From positions 1 through 43,677 of IMG/VR virus record IMGVR_UViG_3300044109_000018: a stretch of DNA of 43,677 bases; one strand, 5' to 3'. A program made the translations under genes and the position numbers. Source of the stretch: a virus (taxonomy: Duplodnaviria; Caudoviricetes). The notes under the pieces were generated by a model, which was not told the DNA's origin, ran no database searches, and saw nothing but the letters and a program-made list of their open reading frames with translations. Shown in pieces: positions 26,004 to 33,726 of the stretch (position 1 is its first letter; each line of letters opens with the position of its first letter).

Positions 26004-26272
26004 CGAAGACCTTTTGTGATCGCTGCGACGCCGAGACCACGGGCCAGCAATCCGGCTGCCTCACCGGCGTCGATGATGCGGACACCGACGGCGGCGGGAC
26101 CGTGACGCACACCGTCGAGTTGTGCGGCGACTGCTATCAGGCATGGATCGCGTGGGCCTATCCGTCGCATGCGCCGGCCCCACCCGCGTCCGTCGCCGCG
26201 TCGGATCCCCATGTCGATAGCACGGGAAATCCAGGCACGCGCGAGAACCTGCATTTGGAAAGTGCAGATTGA
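26000..26272 (+). CDS. Zinc-finger protein (90 aa)
   Basis: FCDRCD...ELCGDC. Confidence 0.65.
   Translation: MTKTFCDRCDAETTGQQSGCLTGVDDADTDGGGTVTHTVELCGDCYQAWIAWAYPSHAPAPPASVAASDPHVDSTGNPGTRENLHLESAD
26193..26243 (+). repeat. 51-bp direct repeat, copy 1 (copy 2 at 30130-30180)
   Basis: TCGCCGCGTCGGATCCCCATG-N10-GGGAA-N2-CCAGGCACGCGCG. Confidence 0.85.
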
Positions 26273-26277
26273 TCCCG

Positions 26278-26598
26278 ATGGCCCTCCCCACACCACCCCC
26301 TCGTCGTCCTCCTCTCAGATCCCGACGTGCCGATCCTCGATCCTCCCGCTGGTCCACCCCTGATCGCCAGGCACGGGCCCAGGGGCCCACGTTCGCGCTC
26401 GGCCAGGTCGTGCGCTATCGACCCGGCACAGGCACGTACGGCTACGAAGACGTGCTCGAGGCGGACGGCCGGCTGCCGGGCGTGGTCGTCGGGTTCTCAC
26501 GGACCCGCGTGCGCGTGCAGTTCACGCTCACCAAGCGAGGACCGCGGGCGACCGTCACGCGCGCCGTCGACGCGACGTCCTTGCGAGACGACTTGTGA
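26278..26598 (+). CDS. Hypothetical SH3-like protein (106 aa)
   Basis: FALGQVVRY...GVVVG...RVRVQF. Confidence 0.5.
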   Translation: MALPTPPPRRPPLRSRRADPRSSRWSTPDRQARAQGPTFALGQVVRYRPGTGTYGYEDVLEADGRLPGVVVGFSRTRVRVQFTLTKRGPRATVTRAVDATSLRDDL

Positions 26599-26840
26599 GG
26601 ATCGTCACCGCGATGTTGATCAGTCGCGTCGTCCCGGGCTGGCCGGACCAAGTCATCCTCGACAGCGTGCCGCTCGGGAAAGAGTACCGGATTGATCTCG
26701 ATTCAAGGCGGGTCGCGACGCTCAAGAACCGTGAGCATCCGGATTGGGGCACGATGCAGGTCGAAGCCGTGGTGGAGATCGACGACGGGTTCCCGTTACC
26801 GGTGGTGTGTCTCCGGATTGACGCCGATGGCCGCGATTGA
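26595..26840 (+). CDS. Hypothetical protein (81 aa)
   Basis: GTGA overlap. Confidence 0.55.
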   Translation: MRIVTAMLISRVVPGWPDQVILDSVPLGKEYRIDLDSRRVATLKNREHPDWGTMQVEAVVEIDDGFPLPVVCLRIDADGRD

Positions 26841-26851
26841 AAAGGAAGGTT

Positions 26852-27295
26852 ATGCCACGCGGTAAACACTCCGGTCATCTAAAGGGCCAGCAGAATCCGC
26901 AATGGAAGGGCGGCCGGACGATCGCGTCGAGCGGCTATGTCCTCATTCGTGTCGGCAAGGATCATCATCTTGCGGACGTCCGCGGCTACGCCTACGAACA
27001 CCGGCTGGTCGCTGAACAGAAGCTCGGACGTCGGCTGCTCAAAGGCGAGATCCCGCACCACGTCAACGGCATCAAGACTGATAACCGGCCGGAGAACATC
27101 GACGTCGTTGAGAGTCTATTTGCTCACCGCGTGAAGCATCGAACGGTGAAGGCGAGCCTTCGGCAACGTCCACACGAATCGAACGAATTCGTCGCGTGCG
27201 CGTGCGGCTGCGGGGAGATGTTCGCCAAATTCGATTCTGACGGCAGGCCGCGGCGGTTCATCACTGGCCACAACACGGCGGTCCGGCATGGCTGA
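26852..27295 (+). CDS. HNH endonuclease (147 aa)
   Basis: NPQWKGGR..GYV..YEHRLVAE..LGR..HHVNGIKTDNRPEN; CACGCG tail. Confidence 0.9.
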   Translation: MPRGKHSGHLKGQQNPQWKGGRTIASSGYVLIRVGKDHHLADVRGYAYEHRLVAEQKLGRRLLKGEIPHHVNGIKTDNRPENIDVVESLFAHRVKHRTVKASLRQRPHESNEFVACACGCGEMFAKFDSDGRPRRFITGHNTAVRHG

Positions 27296-30185
27296 CCATT
27301 CCAAGATCGAATGGTGCGATGCCACCTGGAATCCTGTCAGGGGGTGTACGAAAGTCTCGCCCGGATGCAGCCGATGTTATGCCGAGGTCTTCGCGGAACG
27401 CTTCCGCGGGGTCAAGGGCCATCCGTACGAACAGGGATTCGACCTGCGCCTCGTGCCGGAGAAGCTCGCCGAGCCGTTGACGTGGACGAAGCCGCGCCGG
27501 GTCTTCGTGAACTCAATGAGCGATCTGTTTCAGGAGGGCGTGCCGTTTCCGTTCGTCGCCGCCGTCTTCGCGGTGATGGCCGCCTGCCCGCGCCACACGT
27601 TCCAGGTGCTCACCAAACGACCGGACCAGATGCGCGCCTTCATGACGTGGGTGAACGCGCCAGAGGGCGCGGAGACGTTCACGGAGCTGTACGGCGCGAA
27701 GGCCGGCCAGCCCGTTACGCTGCTGCGGATGCGGCGAGTCGACGTCGACCTCGCGGGCGCGGTTCACGGGGCCACCGCCGAGGGCGTGGACCTCGACGCG
27801 TGTCTGCACAACATGGGAGTCTGGCCGCCGCCGAACGTCTGGCTGGGCGTCTCGGTCGAAAGTCAGCTCTGGGCGGAGACGCGGATCCCGGTGCTCCTGC
27901 AGACGCCGGCGGCCGTGCGGTTCATCAGCGCGGAGCCGTTGCTTGGGCTGGTGTTCGTCAAGCACTGGTTACCCCTGTCCGATTCCACACTCCCGCGTCT
28001 CGATTGGGTGATCGTCGGCGGCGAGAGCGGGCCCGGCGCGCGGCCGTTCGATCTCGCGTGGGCGCGCCGCATCGTCCAACAGTGCCAAGCGGCGGGCGTG
28101 CCGGTGTTTGTAAAGGGACTTATATACTTGACTCCCTATCCTAGTCATTTAAGGAACCGCGTGTCCATTTGCACCCAGCCGATGATGCGCAGCGGGAGCC
28201 GTTCACCGTCTACGGGTGTTTTGGCGGGTTTTAGACGGCGTAGTAGCCTGTGGAGGCTCCGCGTTAACGCCGCGTCTCTTCCCGGGTTCTTCTGGCGCCT
28301 CAAGCGAACCAATGGACACCCCCTCGATAAAATCGTGAGCGGTCTTCGGGTCTTGCAAGCCTGCTTTGTGTGCGCTACGCCACGCGCCACAACGTTCGCA
28401 GGCGTCGAAGTCGCGCTCACTCATCGGCGTTTCTCTCCGCAACGAACTCGATGCAACCGCATTCCCGTGACGTGTCTGCGAACGCCATGCACTGACCTCC
28501 GCTCGGGTGACGGTTCCGCGTATGTCCGCATCGGCACAACTGCTCCAGAATCGTCTTCCGGCGCTTCCGCTGAACCGCTGGCTTGCTTCTGGCCTTCGGG
28601 CGGTATTTCAGAACGGTATCCGCGATGGCGTCGAGCGGTTTCATTGTTTCGCCTCCGGCCCGTGCGGTCCATCGTGGCCTTCTGGCAGGGCACACCGATA
28701 GGTCACGTCGAACGGCTCATCGCGTGGCGGCGAAGTTTGCGGCACTGGATACCGACCATCGCATCGCCACTCCGCGTGCCGTGTTGGTTCACGCATCAGA
28801 CGATTAGCATCGCGCTTCAACCTGGCGAGTCGCTCACGGGACAACCAGATCGCTGCTTCGATCAGGGCCTGTTCTCTGGTCAAATCCCCACGATTCGCCA
28901 AGGTGACAGCCTGATGCAGCACAGGGCAGTTCAGCGATTCCAATTGCATGTCTTCCCAAGTCATCTAGTTACCCTCCGGCTTCGCGATCAGGGCCGCGTA
29001 AGTGAGCCGCTTCAGGGCCATACCGTCCACAAAACTGTCGAGCCGGTCAAACGTCGGCCGCTTCACGTTGCCGTCGTTCAGACGGAACGCGAATTCGTCC
29101 ACATAGCGGCCGGTGTGCTTCGGGGTGATGTGGTGGTAAACGCCGATGATGCCGCGCTTCAGGACCGCGAACGCGCTCTCCACGCTGTTCGTGGTGACGT
29201 CCTTGCGGCGGTACTGGCGCAATCCGTGGTTGATGGCATCGTGCCGGTAGAACAGCCCGTCAAGGTCCGCGTAGACCGGCGCTTCGTCGGTATGGAGCTG
29301 GGAGCCGAGTTCCACGTTGCTGTAGATGGCGTGGCGGATCGCCTCCGTCGTCGGGTTCTCCATCGTCATCGCCTTCAGACGTCCGCCGCGCTCGCGCATC
29401 CCGAGGACCGGCGTCTTGCCGATAGGCCCGCGGCCGAGGTTCAGCTTCTTGTCCTTGTGCTTGTTCCGCTCCTTGCCGCCGATGTACGTCTCATCAATTT
29501 CTACGATGCCCTGCAATTTCTTCAGGTCTTTGCCGCAGGCTTCGCGCAACCGGTGCAGCAGGAACCACGCCGACTTCTGGGTCAGTCCGATTTCCTTCGA
29601 CAGTTGCAGGCTGGAGATGCCCTTGCGGGCCGTGACGAGCAGGTACATCGCGTAGAGCCACTTGTGGAGCGGAATGTGCGACCGCTCCATCACCGTGCCG
29701 GTGCGGACAGTGAAGTCCTCCGCGCACTGGTTACAGCGGTAGTACCCGGCCTTGCGCGCCGTGATGCGCTCGCCCAACCCGCACACCGGGCAGACGACGC
29801 CGTTCGGCCAGAGGCGGGATTCGAGGTAGAGCCGCGCCGATTCCTGATCGGGGAATCGGTCGAAAAGCTGGAACGTGCTTATCGCGGACTTGGTCGCATT
29901 CGCTTTCGGCATGAGGTAATTCTATGTCAAACGGTCAAGGGAGTCAAGTATATAATTCCCTTTGTAAAGCAGCTCGGGGCGCGACCGTTCGGTCTCTGCA
30001 CGCCGGAGTGTGGGATTGGCCCGCACGGAATGACGTTTCGTAATCGGAAGGGCGGCGATCCGTCCGAGTGGCCGGAAGATCTACGCGTCCGGGAGTTTCC
30101 AACCGGCGTCGCGTCTTCCCCCTCGCCGCTCGCCGCGTCGGATCCCCATGCCCCGGATCCGGGAACGCCAGGCACGCGCGCATGA
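27288..30185 (+). CDS. DUF5131 / phage Gp37-Gp68 family protein (347 aa native) with in-frame IS insertion
   Basis: SKIEWCDATWNPVRGCTKVSPGCSRCYAE, FVNSMSDLF, WVIVGGESG, GVPVFVK|QLG split by the IS, KGGDPSEWPEDLRVREFP. Confidence 0.9.
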   Translation: MADHSKIEWCDATWNPVRGCTKVSPGCSRCYAEVFAERFRGVKGHPYEQGFDLRLVPEKLAEPLTWTKPRRVFVNSMSDLFQEGVPFPFVAAVFAVMAACPRHTFQVLTKRPDQMRAFMTWVNAPEGAETFTELYGAKAGQPVTLLRMRRVDVDLAGAVHGATAEGVDLDACLHNMGVWPPPNVWLGVSVESQLWAETRIPVLLQTPAAVRFISAEPLLGLVFVKHWLPLSDSTLPRLDWVIVGGESGPGARPFDLAWARRIVQQCQAAGVPVFVKGLIYLTPYPSHLRNRVSICTQPMMRSGSRSPSTGVLAGFRRRSSLWRLRVNAASLPGFFWRLKRTNGHPLDKIVSGLRVLQACFVCATPRATTFAGVEVALTHRRFSPQRTRCNRIPVTCLRTPCTDLRSGDGSAYVRIGTTAPESSSGASAEPLACFWPSGGISERYPRWRRAVSLFRLRPVRSIVAFWQGTPIGHVERLIAWRRSLRHWIPTIASPLRVPCWFTHQTISIALQPGESLTGQPDRCFDQGLFSGQIPTIRQGDSLMQHRAVQRFQLHVFPSHLVTLRLRDQGRVSEPLQGHTVHKTVEPVKRRPLHVAVVQTEREFVHIAAGVLRGDVVVNADDAALQDRERALHAVRGDVLAAVLAQSVVDGIVPVEQPVKVRVDRRFVGMELGAEFHVAVDGVADRLRRRVLHRHRLQTSAALAHPEDRRLADRPAAEVQLLVLVLVPLLAADVRLINFYDALQFLQVFAAGFAQPVQQEPRRLLGQSDFLRQLQAGDALAGRDEQVHRVEPLVERNVRPLHHRAGADSEVLRALVTAVVPGLARRDALAQPAHRADDAVRPEAGFEVEPRRFLIGESVEKLERAYRGLGRIRFRHEVILCQTVKGVKYIIPFVKQLGARPFGLCTPECGIGPHGMTFRNRKGGDPSEWPEDLRVREFPTGVASSPSPLAASDPHAPDPGTPGTRA
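28203..28424 (-). CDS. IS passenger, CxxCG..H protein (73 aa)
   Basis: DACERCGAWRSAH...HDF; GGAG SD. Confidence 0.5.
   Translation of the reverse strand: MSERDFDACERCGAWRSAHKAGLQDPKTAHDFIEGVSIGSLEAPEEPGKRRGVNAEPPQATTPSKTRQNTRRR
28417..28644 (-). CDS. IS passenger, basic Cys/His protein (75 aa)
   Basis: LDAIADTVLKYRPK; CRCGH...H...C...CGC; GGAGG SD, ATGA overlap. Confidence 0.65.
   Translation of the reverse strand: MKPLDAIADTVLKYRPKARSKPAVQRKRRKTILEQLCRCGHTRNRHPSGGQCMAFADTSRECGCIEFVAERNADE
28641..28964 (-). CDS. IS passenger (107 aa)
   Basis: Starts right after transposase stop; CALPEGHDGPH motif. Confidence 0.65.
   Translation of the reverse strand: MTWEDMQLESLNCPVLHQAVTLANRGDLTREQALIEAAIWLSRERLARLKRDANRLMREPTRHAEWRCDGRYPVPQTSPPRDEPFDVTYRCALPEGHDGPHGPEAKQ
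28965..29912 (-). CDS. IS1595-family DDE transposase (315 aa)
   Basis: RWPNGVVCPVCG..CNQC zinc ribbon; KGISSLQL; EIDETYIGG, HTDE, TTNSVES; promoter TTGACT-17-TAGAAT in the IR. Confidence 0.95.
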   Translation of the reverse strand: MPKANATKSAISTFQLFDRFPDQESARLYLESRLWPNGVVCPVCGLGERITARKAGYYRCNQCAEDFTVRTGTVMERSHIPLHKWLYAMYLLVTARKGISSLQLSKEIGLTQKSAWFLLHRLREACGKDLKKLQGIVEIDETYIGGKERNKHKDKKLNLGRGPIGKTPVLGMRERGGRLKAMTMENPTTEAIRHAIYSNVELGSQLHTDEAPVYADLDGLFYRHDAINHGLRQYRRKDVTTNSVESAFAVLKRGIIGVYHHITPKHTGRYVDEFAFRLNDGNVKRPTFDRLDSFVDGMALKRLTYAALIAKPEGN

Positions 30186-30346
30186 AGGTCTTCTTCTGGG
30201 CGTGCGCCGTCGTCTTCGTCGGAGGCCTCGTGGTGGATCTCCTCGTGGCGCGTCGACGACGCCGGAAGATCCGGCAGCAAGACCTGAGCCCGGGGTGGAT
30301 TAACGAAAACCTCTACGGTCGAGGGAAGCGCGGTGACGACGAGTAG
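30182..30346 (+). CDS. Small single-TM protein (54 aa)
   Basis: Hydrophobic N-terminus followed by Arg run. Confidence 0.5.
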   Translation: MKVFFWACAVVFVGGLVVDLLVARRRRRKIRQQDLSPGWINENLYGRGKRGDDE

Positions 30347-30361
30347 TCTGGACGTCGTGCC

Positions 30362-31069
30362 GTGAGCGGTCGCGACTACGCCTCCGTGCCGGAGCGCATC
30401 ACCTGGACCACAGGGTTCCGCGTGCCAACTGACAAGCTAGTGCTTTGCGCGTTGTCGACGTTCGCGAATTTTCAGACCGGCGAGGGGGCACAGCCGGCGA
30501 TCGCGACGTTGGCCGCACGCGCAGGACTCTCGAGAAGCACCGTACAACGGGCGTTGCACCGCCTGGAAGTCGACCAGTGGATCGCGGTGACGGCGCGCCG
30601 GCATCGCCGGCCGACGACGTATCGGATCTGCGTGGAACGGCTCGCGGAGAATTGGGTGGGGGCGAAAGTCGTGAAACGTTTGCGCGTCACGGGTGACGCG
30701 CAAGAACCTGTGGAAAACGTGTTGAAATCCGATTCCTTGCGCGTCACTGGTGATTCGTTGCGCGTCACAGGTGACGCGCAAGAACCCGTTTTGAGCGTCA
30801 CCGGTGACGCGCCATCCCCTGTACGTACTGATCCCCTGTACGGATCCCCAGTACGAAGAGAAGAGCCGTCGCTGCGCGCCGGTGTTCATTACGCCGGAAC
30901 GACGACGAAGAGCGCAGAGGCGAAAGGTCAGCCCTATCAACAAACGTTCGGACCCCTCGATGTGAGCGCGGAGGACGAGAAGACGGCCCAGTGGAAGGCC
31001 CATTGGACGCGGATGAAAGAGATCACGGCGTCCGCGCTGAACCAAAAACGAGACCGGAAACAGGGATGA
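30362..31069 (+). CDS. Replication initiator, HTH_36-like (235 aa)
   Basis: KLVLCAL..PAIATLAARAGLSRSTVQRALHRLE..WI; internal iterons. Confidence 0.85.
   Translation: MSGRDYASVPERITWTTGFRVPTDKLVLCALSTFANFQTGEGAQPAIATLAARAGLSRSTVQRALHRLEVDQWIAVTARRHRRPTTYRICVERLAENWVGAKVVKRLRVTGDAQEPVENVLKSDSLRVTGDSLRVTGDAQEPVLSVTGDAPSPVRTDPLYGSPVRREEPSLRAGVHYAGTTTKSAEAKGQPYQQTFGPLDVSAEDEKTAQWKAHWTRMKEITASALNQKRDRKQG
30680..30855 (+). repeat. Putative replication origin: four palindromic iterons plus three ATCCCCWGTACG repeats
   Basis: TTGCGCGTCAC-NG-GTGACGCGCAA at 30680, 30737 (partial), 30758, 30791 (variant). Confidence 0.8.
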
Positions 31070-31334
31070 CCACGATCTCTCTCGGGTTCGAAGTCGCTAC
31101 CGGCGCGCCCGTCGCGATCCCACTGAAGCACCTGGCCATCACCGGGCAGACCCAGGAGGCCGGGAAGACGACCGCGCTCGAGGCGCTGATCACGCGCTCC
31201 GGGTTGCGGGCGCTGACGTTCGTGACGAAACGCGGGGAAGGGCATTCGTCGACGGGTTCTTCATCCGCGCGGGGAACGCGTTCGTCCTGGCGCCGGGCGT
31301 GAAGGTCAGCGAACGCGAGCTCCAGGTGTCGTGA
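31066..31334 (+). pseudogene. Internally deleted HerA/DUF87-like ATPase remnant
   Basis: HLAITGQTQEAGKTT Walker A variant, then out-of-frame join to a plausible C-terminus (DGFFIRAGNAFVLAPGVKVSERELQVS). Confidence 0.6.
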
Positions 31335-32149
31335 TGCCCGACAAGTTCCGCGCCGGGAAACGCCTGTGGAGCAAGGCCGACGATGCCGCGATGCGTCGGA
31401 CCTATCCGCATACGTCGACGGCGGTGCTCGCGCGGCAGTTGCGACGGACCTACTCGGCGATCTGCGCGCGGGCCAAGCTGTTGGGTCTGCACAAGAGCGC
31501 CGCCTATCTCGCCAGTCCTGACGCGTGTCGGCTGCGGCGAGGGGATCACGTCGGCGCCCGATTCAGATTTCAGAAGGGCCACGTACCGGCGAATAAGGGC
31601 CTGCGACGGCCTGGCTGGTCAGCGGGGCGCATGGGGGAGACGCAATTCAAGAAGGGCGTGGCGCCGAGGAACAACATGCCGATCGGCAGCACGCGGCTCA
31701 TTGAGGGATACGTCTTTCGGAAGGTCTCCGACGTGGCCCATGTGGCCTATACGGTGAACTGGAAAGCTGAGCACGTCCTGATTTGGGAACGCGCGCACGG
31801 TCCGGTGCCCCCGGGGCACGTGCTCGTCTTTCGAAACCGCGATCGCACCGACGTACGGCTCGACAATCTCGAACGCATCACGCGCCGCGAGTTGATGGCG
31901 CGCAACACCGTCCACACCTTGCCGAAGCCGCCGCGGTGGATGAGCAGCTCGCCCGTCGGCGTCCTGGACCCCGGGGCCCCACCCCCAGGACTGAGGCCCA
32001 ACGTGAGACGGCTGACGCCTGGGGCGGGACCGTCACGATCCCAACGGCGGCCTCGGTGGCGGCGACGGCGCCGAACAGCTCGTGGTGGACGACGTGCACG
32101 TCCCGCGAGGCCTTCGACGCAGCGGTGGCCAGGGAACGCGCGCGGATGA
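31334..32149 (+). CDS. HNH endonuclease, C-terminus apparently truncated and fused
   Basis: FQKGHVPANKG, TQFKKG, HVLIWERAHGPVPPGH..FRNRDRTD..LDNL; natural-looking sequence ends near LPKP (about 31930). Confidence 0.8.
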   Translation: MPDKFRAGKRLWSKADDAAMRRTYPHTSTAVLARQLRRTYSAICARAKLLGLHKSAAYLASPDACRLRRGDHVGARFRFQKGHVPANKGLRRPGWSAGRMGETQFKKGVAPRNNMPIGSTRLIEGYVFRKVSDVAHVAYTVNWKAEHVLIWERAHGPVPPGHVLVFRNRDRTDVRLDNLERITRRELMARNTVHTLPKPPRWMSSSPVGVLDPGAPPPGLRPNVRRLTPGAGPSRSQRRPRWRRRRRTARGGRRARPARPSTQRWPGNARG

Positions 32150-32259
32150 ACGAGTCGAAGCTGTCGCGCGTGCGCTGCGGGCGTGAGGAGTAGCTAGCGC
32201 GTGGCCGCCGGCAACGTAATGGCCAGACGCTGCGTCGCTCACGCCGGCGTCAACGACGC

Positions 32260-32538
32260 TTACGCCCTGACCACGCTCTCCGCCCGCGGCCCTTTCGGCG
32301 CCTCGGTGGGGAGAAAGTGGACCGTCGATCCGACGTCGAGTCGATCGAACTCCGGCGCCGCGCTTCGATGGAAGAAGTACTCCCGATCATCAGGCCCCTG
32401 AATGAACCCGAAGCCTTTGTCGGCCAGCAACCGGACGACGGTCCCGGTGAGCGTCACGCGGTGCACCTTTGTGCGGGCGGCCGCGGCGCGCGTCTCGGCA
32501 AAGACACGGGCCAGGCGGACGCGGGCGGGTCGGGCCAT
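32260..32538 (-). CDS. Cold-shock domain protein (start may be GTG at 32457)
   Basis: DKGFGFI (RNP1), EYFFHRS (RNP2), KGPRAE.V. Confidence 0.9.
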   Translation of the reverse strand: MARPARVRLARVFAETRAAAARTKVHRVTLTGTVVRLLADKGFGFIQGPDDREYFFHRSAAPEFDRLDVGSTVHFLPTEAPKGPRAESVVRA

Positions 32539-32539
32539 G

Positions 32540-32935
32540 TCACGGCGTGCGCACCTTCGCGCCCTTCGACGGCTTCACCGTGGCCCAGGCCGTCGGCTCG
32601 CCGACGTCGGTACTGGCCTGGAGGAGCTCGCGCACGAGCCGCTCGGCCAGCCCCGCGGCCACCAGGTGCACGATCAGCACGTCCTGATTGAGCCGGCTGG
32701 TCCCCGCGCGTTCGACGTGGGTGACGTCGTACCCGAGACACGTCACGCTCTCGCCCTTGTCGACGCCCGCCGCGACGAGCAGGAGATCAATCTCGGCGCG
32801 CACCGCTTTCTCGTCGAGCGCGGTCTGCGCGACGGCGGCGAGTGTCGCTTCCAGGCGGCGCTGTTTCCGAACGAGCGGCGGCAGGGACTCGACGAGCGAG
32901 GGGTAGTGAGTGACTGGACGAATGGCCGCGGGCAT
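32540..32935 (-). CDS. Hypothetical protein, coiled coil + beta domain (131 aa)
   Basis: GGGAG SD; leftward operon. Confidence 0.6.
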   Translation of the reverse strand: MPAAIRPVTHYPSLVESLPPLVRKQRRLEATLAAVAQTALDEKAVRAEIDLLLVAAGVDKGESVTCLGYDVTHVERAGTSRLNQDVLIVHLVAAGLAERLVRELLQASTDVGEPTAWATVKPSKGAKVRTP

Positions 32936-33145
32936 CTAGGACTCCCGCCGTGCGATCGTCACGCGGGGCAGACACCCCATGATCCCGATGTGCAGCCTGG
33001 CCGCGGTCAACGTCTGCTCGAAGGCCACTTCATCATCGAGATCCCACGCGATCACGAGCGCTCGTAACAGGTGGTCGGATCGGGAGGGTGCTGGACGCGG
33101 GAGTGCCGGTCCGACGCCGGATCCAGGTCGATCATCCGTGCCCAT
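32936..33145 (-). CDS. Hypothetical protein (69 aa)
   Basis: Coupled between HTH gene and 131-aa gene. Confidence 0.45.
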   Translation of the reverse strand: MGTDDRPGSGVGPALPRPAPSRSDHLLRALVIAWDLDDEVAFEQTLTAARLHIGIMGCLPRVTIARRES

Positions 33146-33368
33146 TCGATCGCTCACGGCGTTGCTTCTGGATGAACGCCTGCACGTCCGCCGGATCCAC
33201 CCGCCACCGGATCCCGAACCGAATCGCGGCCAGATCCCCATTCCGAATCAGCCGGCGCACGTATTCCGGACTGAAGCCCAATCGAAGGGCCACCTGGGAC
33301 ACCTCCAGCAACCGCGGGAGGTGCGGCAGGTACGGCAATGACGAATCCAGGGGGTCGGTCGGCATCAT
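33132..33368 (-). CDS. Excisionase-family HTH_17 DNA-binding protein (78 aa)
   Basis: LLEVSQVALRLGFSPEYVRRLIRNGDLAAIRFG..WRV. Confidence 0.88.
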   Translation of the reverse strand: MMPTDPLDSSLPYLPHLPRLLEVSQVALRLGFSPEYVRRLIRNGDLAAIRFGIRWRVDPADVQAFIQKQRRERSNGHG

Positions 33369-33406
33369 GTCTGGGCCTTCCTCAGCATGGTGCGGCTAAC
33401 CCAGGC

Positions 33407-33457
33407 ATTCTAAACGACCACCCACTACTACTAGACGCTCGTCACTGCGACTAGACG
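33407..33457 (-). promoter_or_regulatory. Leftward -10 (TAGAAT) with three CTA(A/G)ACG direct repeats
   Basis: Repeats at 33410, 33431, 33451 (20-21 bp period). Confidence 0.45.
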
Positions 33458-33561
33458 TACCGGCCGTGTGTGTCCGCCCTCCTGCAGGCGCACGCTGGAG
33501 GGTACCGGCGCCCCGGTTCCTCGGGGTCCTGCCGTCCGTCCCACAGTGCAAGGGGTTCTAC

Positions 33562-33726
33562 ATGGAGGCGTCGCGCACGCTCGGCGCCGGCGTCACCCAG
33601 CTCCCGCTGCGCCTGCCGCGTCCACGTCCTCGTACCCGTCGCCTCAAGCAACTCGGCATGGGCTGGGGTCGAGGCCGACGCGTCATCACCACCAGGCGCG
33701 CGCTCCCCTCGAGGGCTGCGGCCTGA
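33562..33726 (+). CDS. Small basic hypothetical protein (54 aa)
   Basis: TGATG coupled to packaging HNH. Confidence 0.4.
   Translation: MEASRTLGAGVTQLPLRLPRPRPRTRRLKQLGMGWGRGRRVITTRRALPSRAAA

Larger units (their letters stand above)
28115..29960 (-). mobile_element. IS1595-family element (1846 bp) with passenger genes
   Basis: 23-bp inverted repeats GGGA(C/A)TTATATACTTGACTCCCT; 8-bp target duplication TTTGTAAA at 28107-28114 and 29961-29968. Confidence 0.95.

Noticed and set aside
27288-30185. 965-aa ORF as a novel giant protein or intein-containing protein
   Set aside because: The insert has IRs, a target duplication and an antisense transposase; no intein terminal residues.
30680-30855. 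CRISPR mini-array
   Set aside because: Irregular spacing, no unique spacers of constant length, inside a coding gene, no cas genes.
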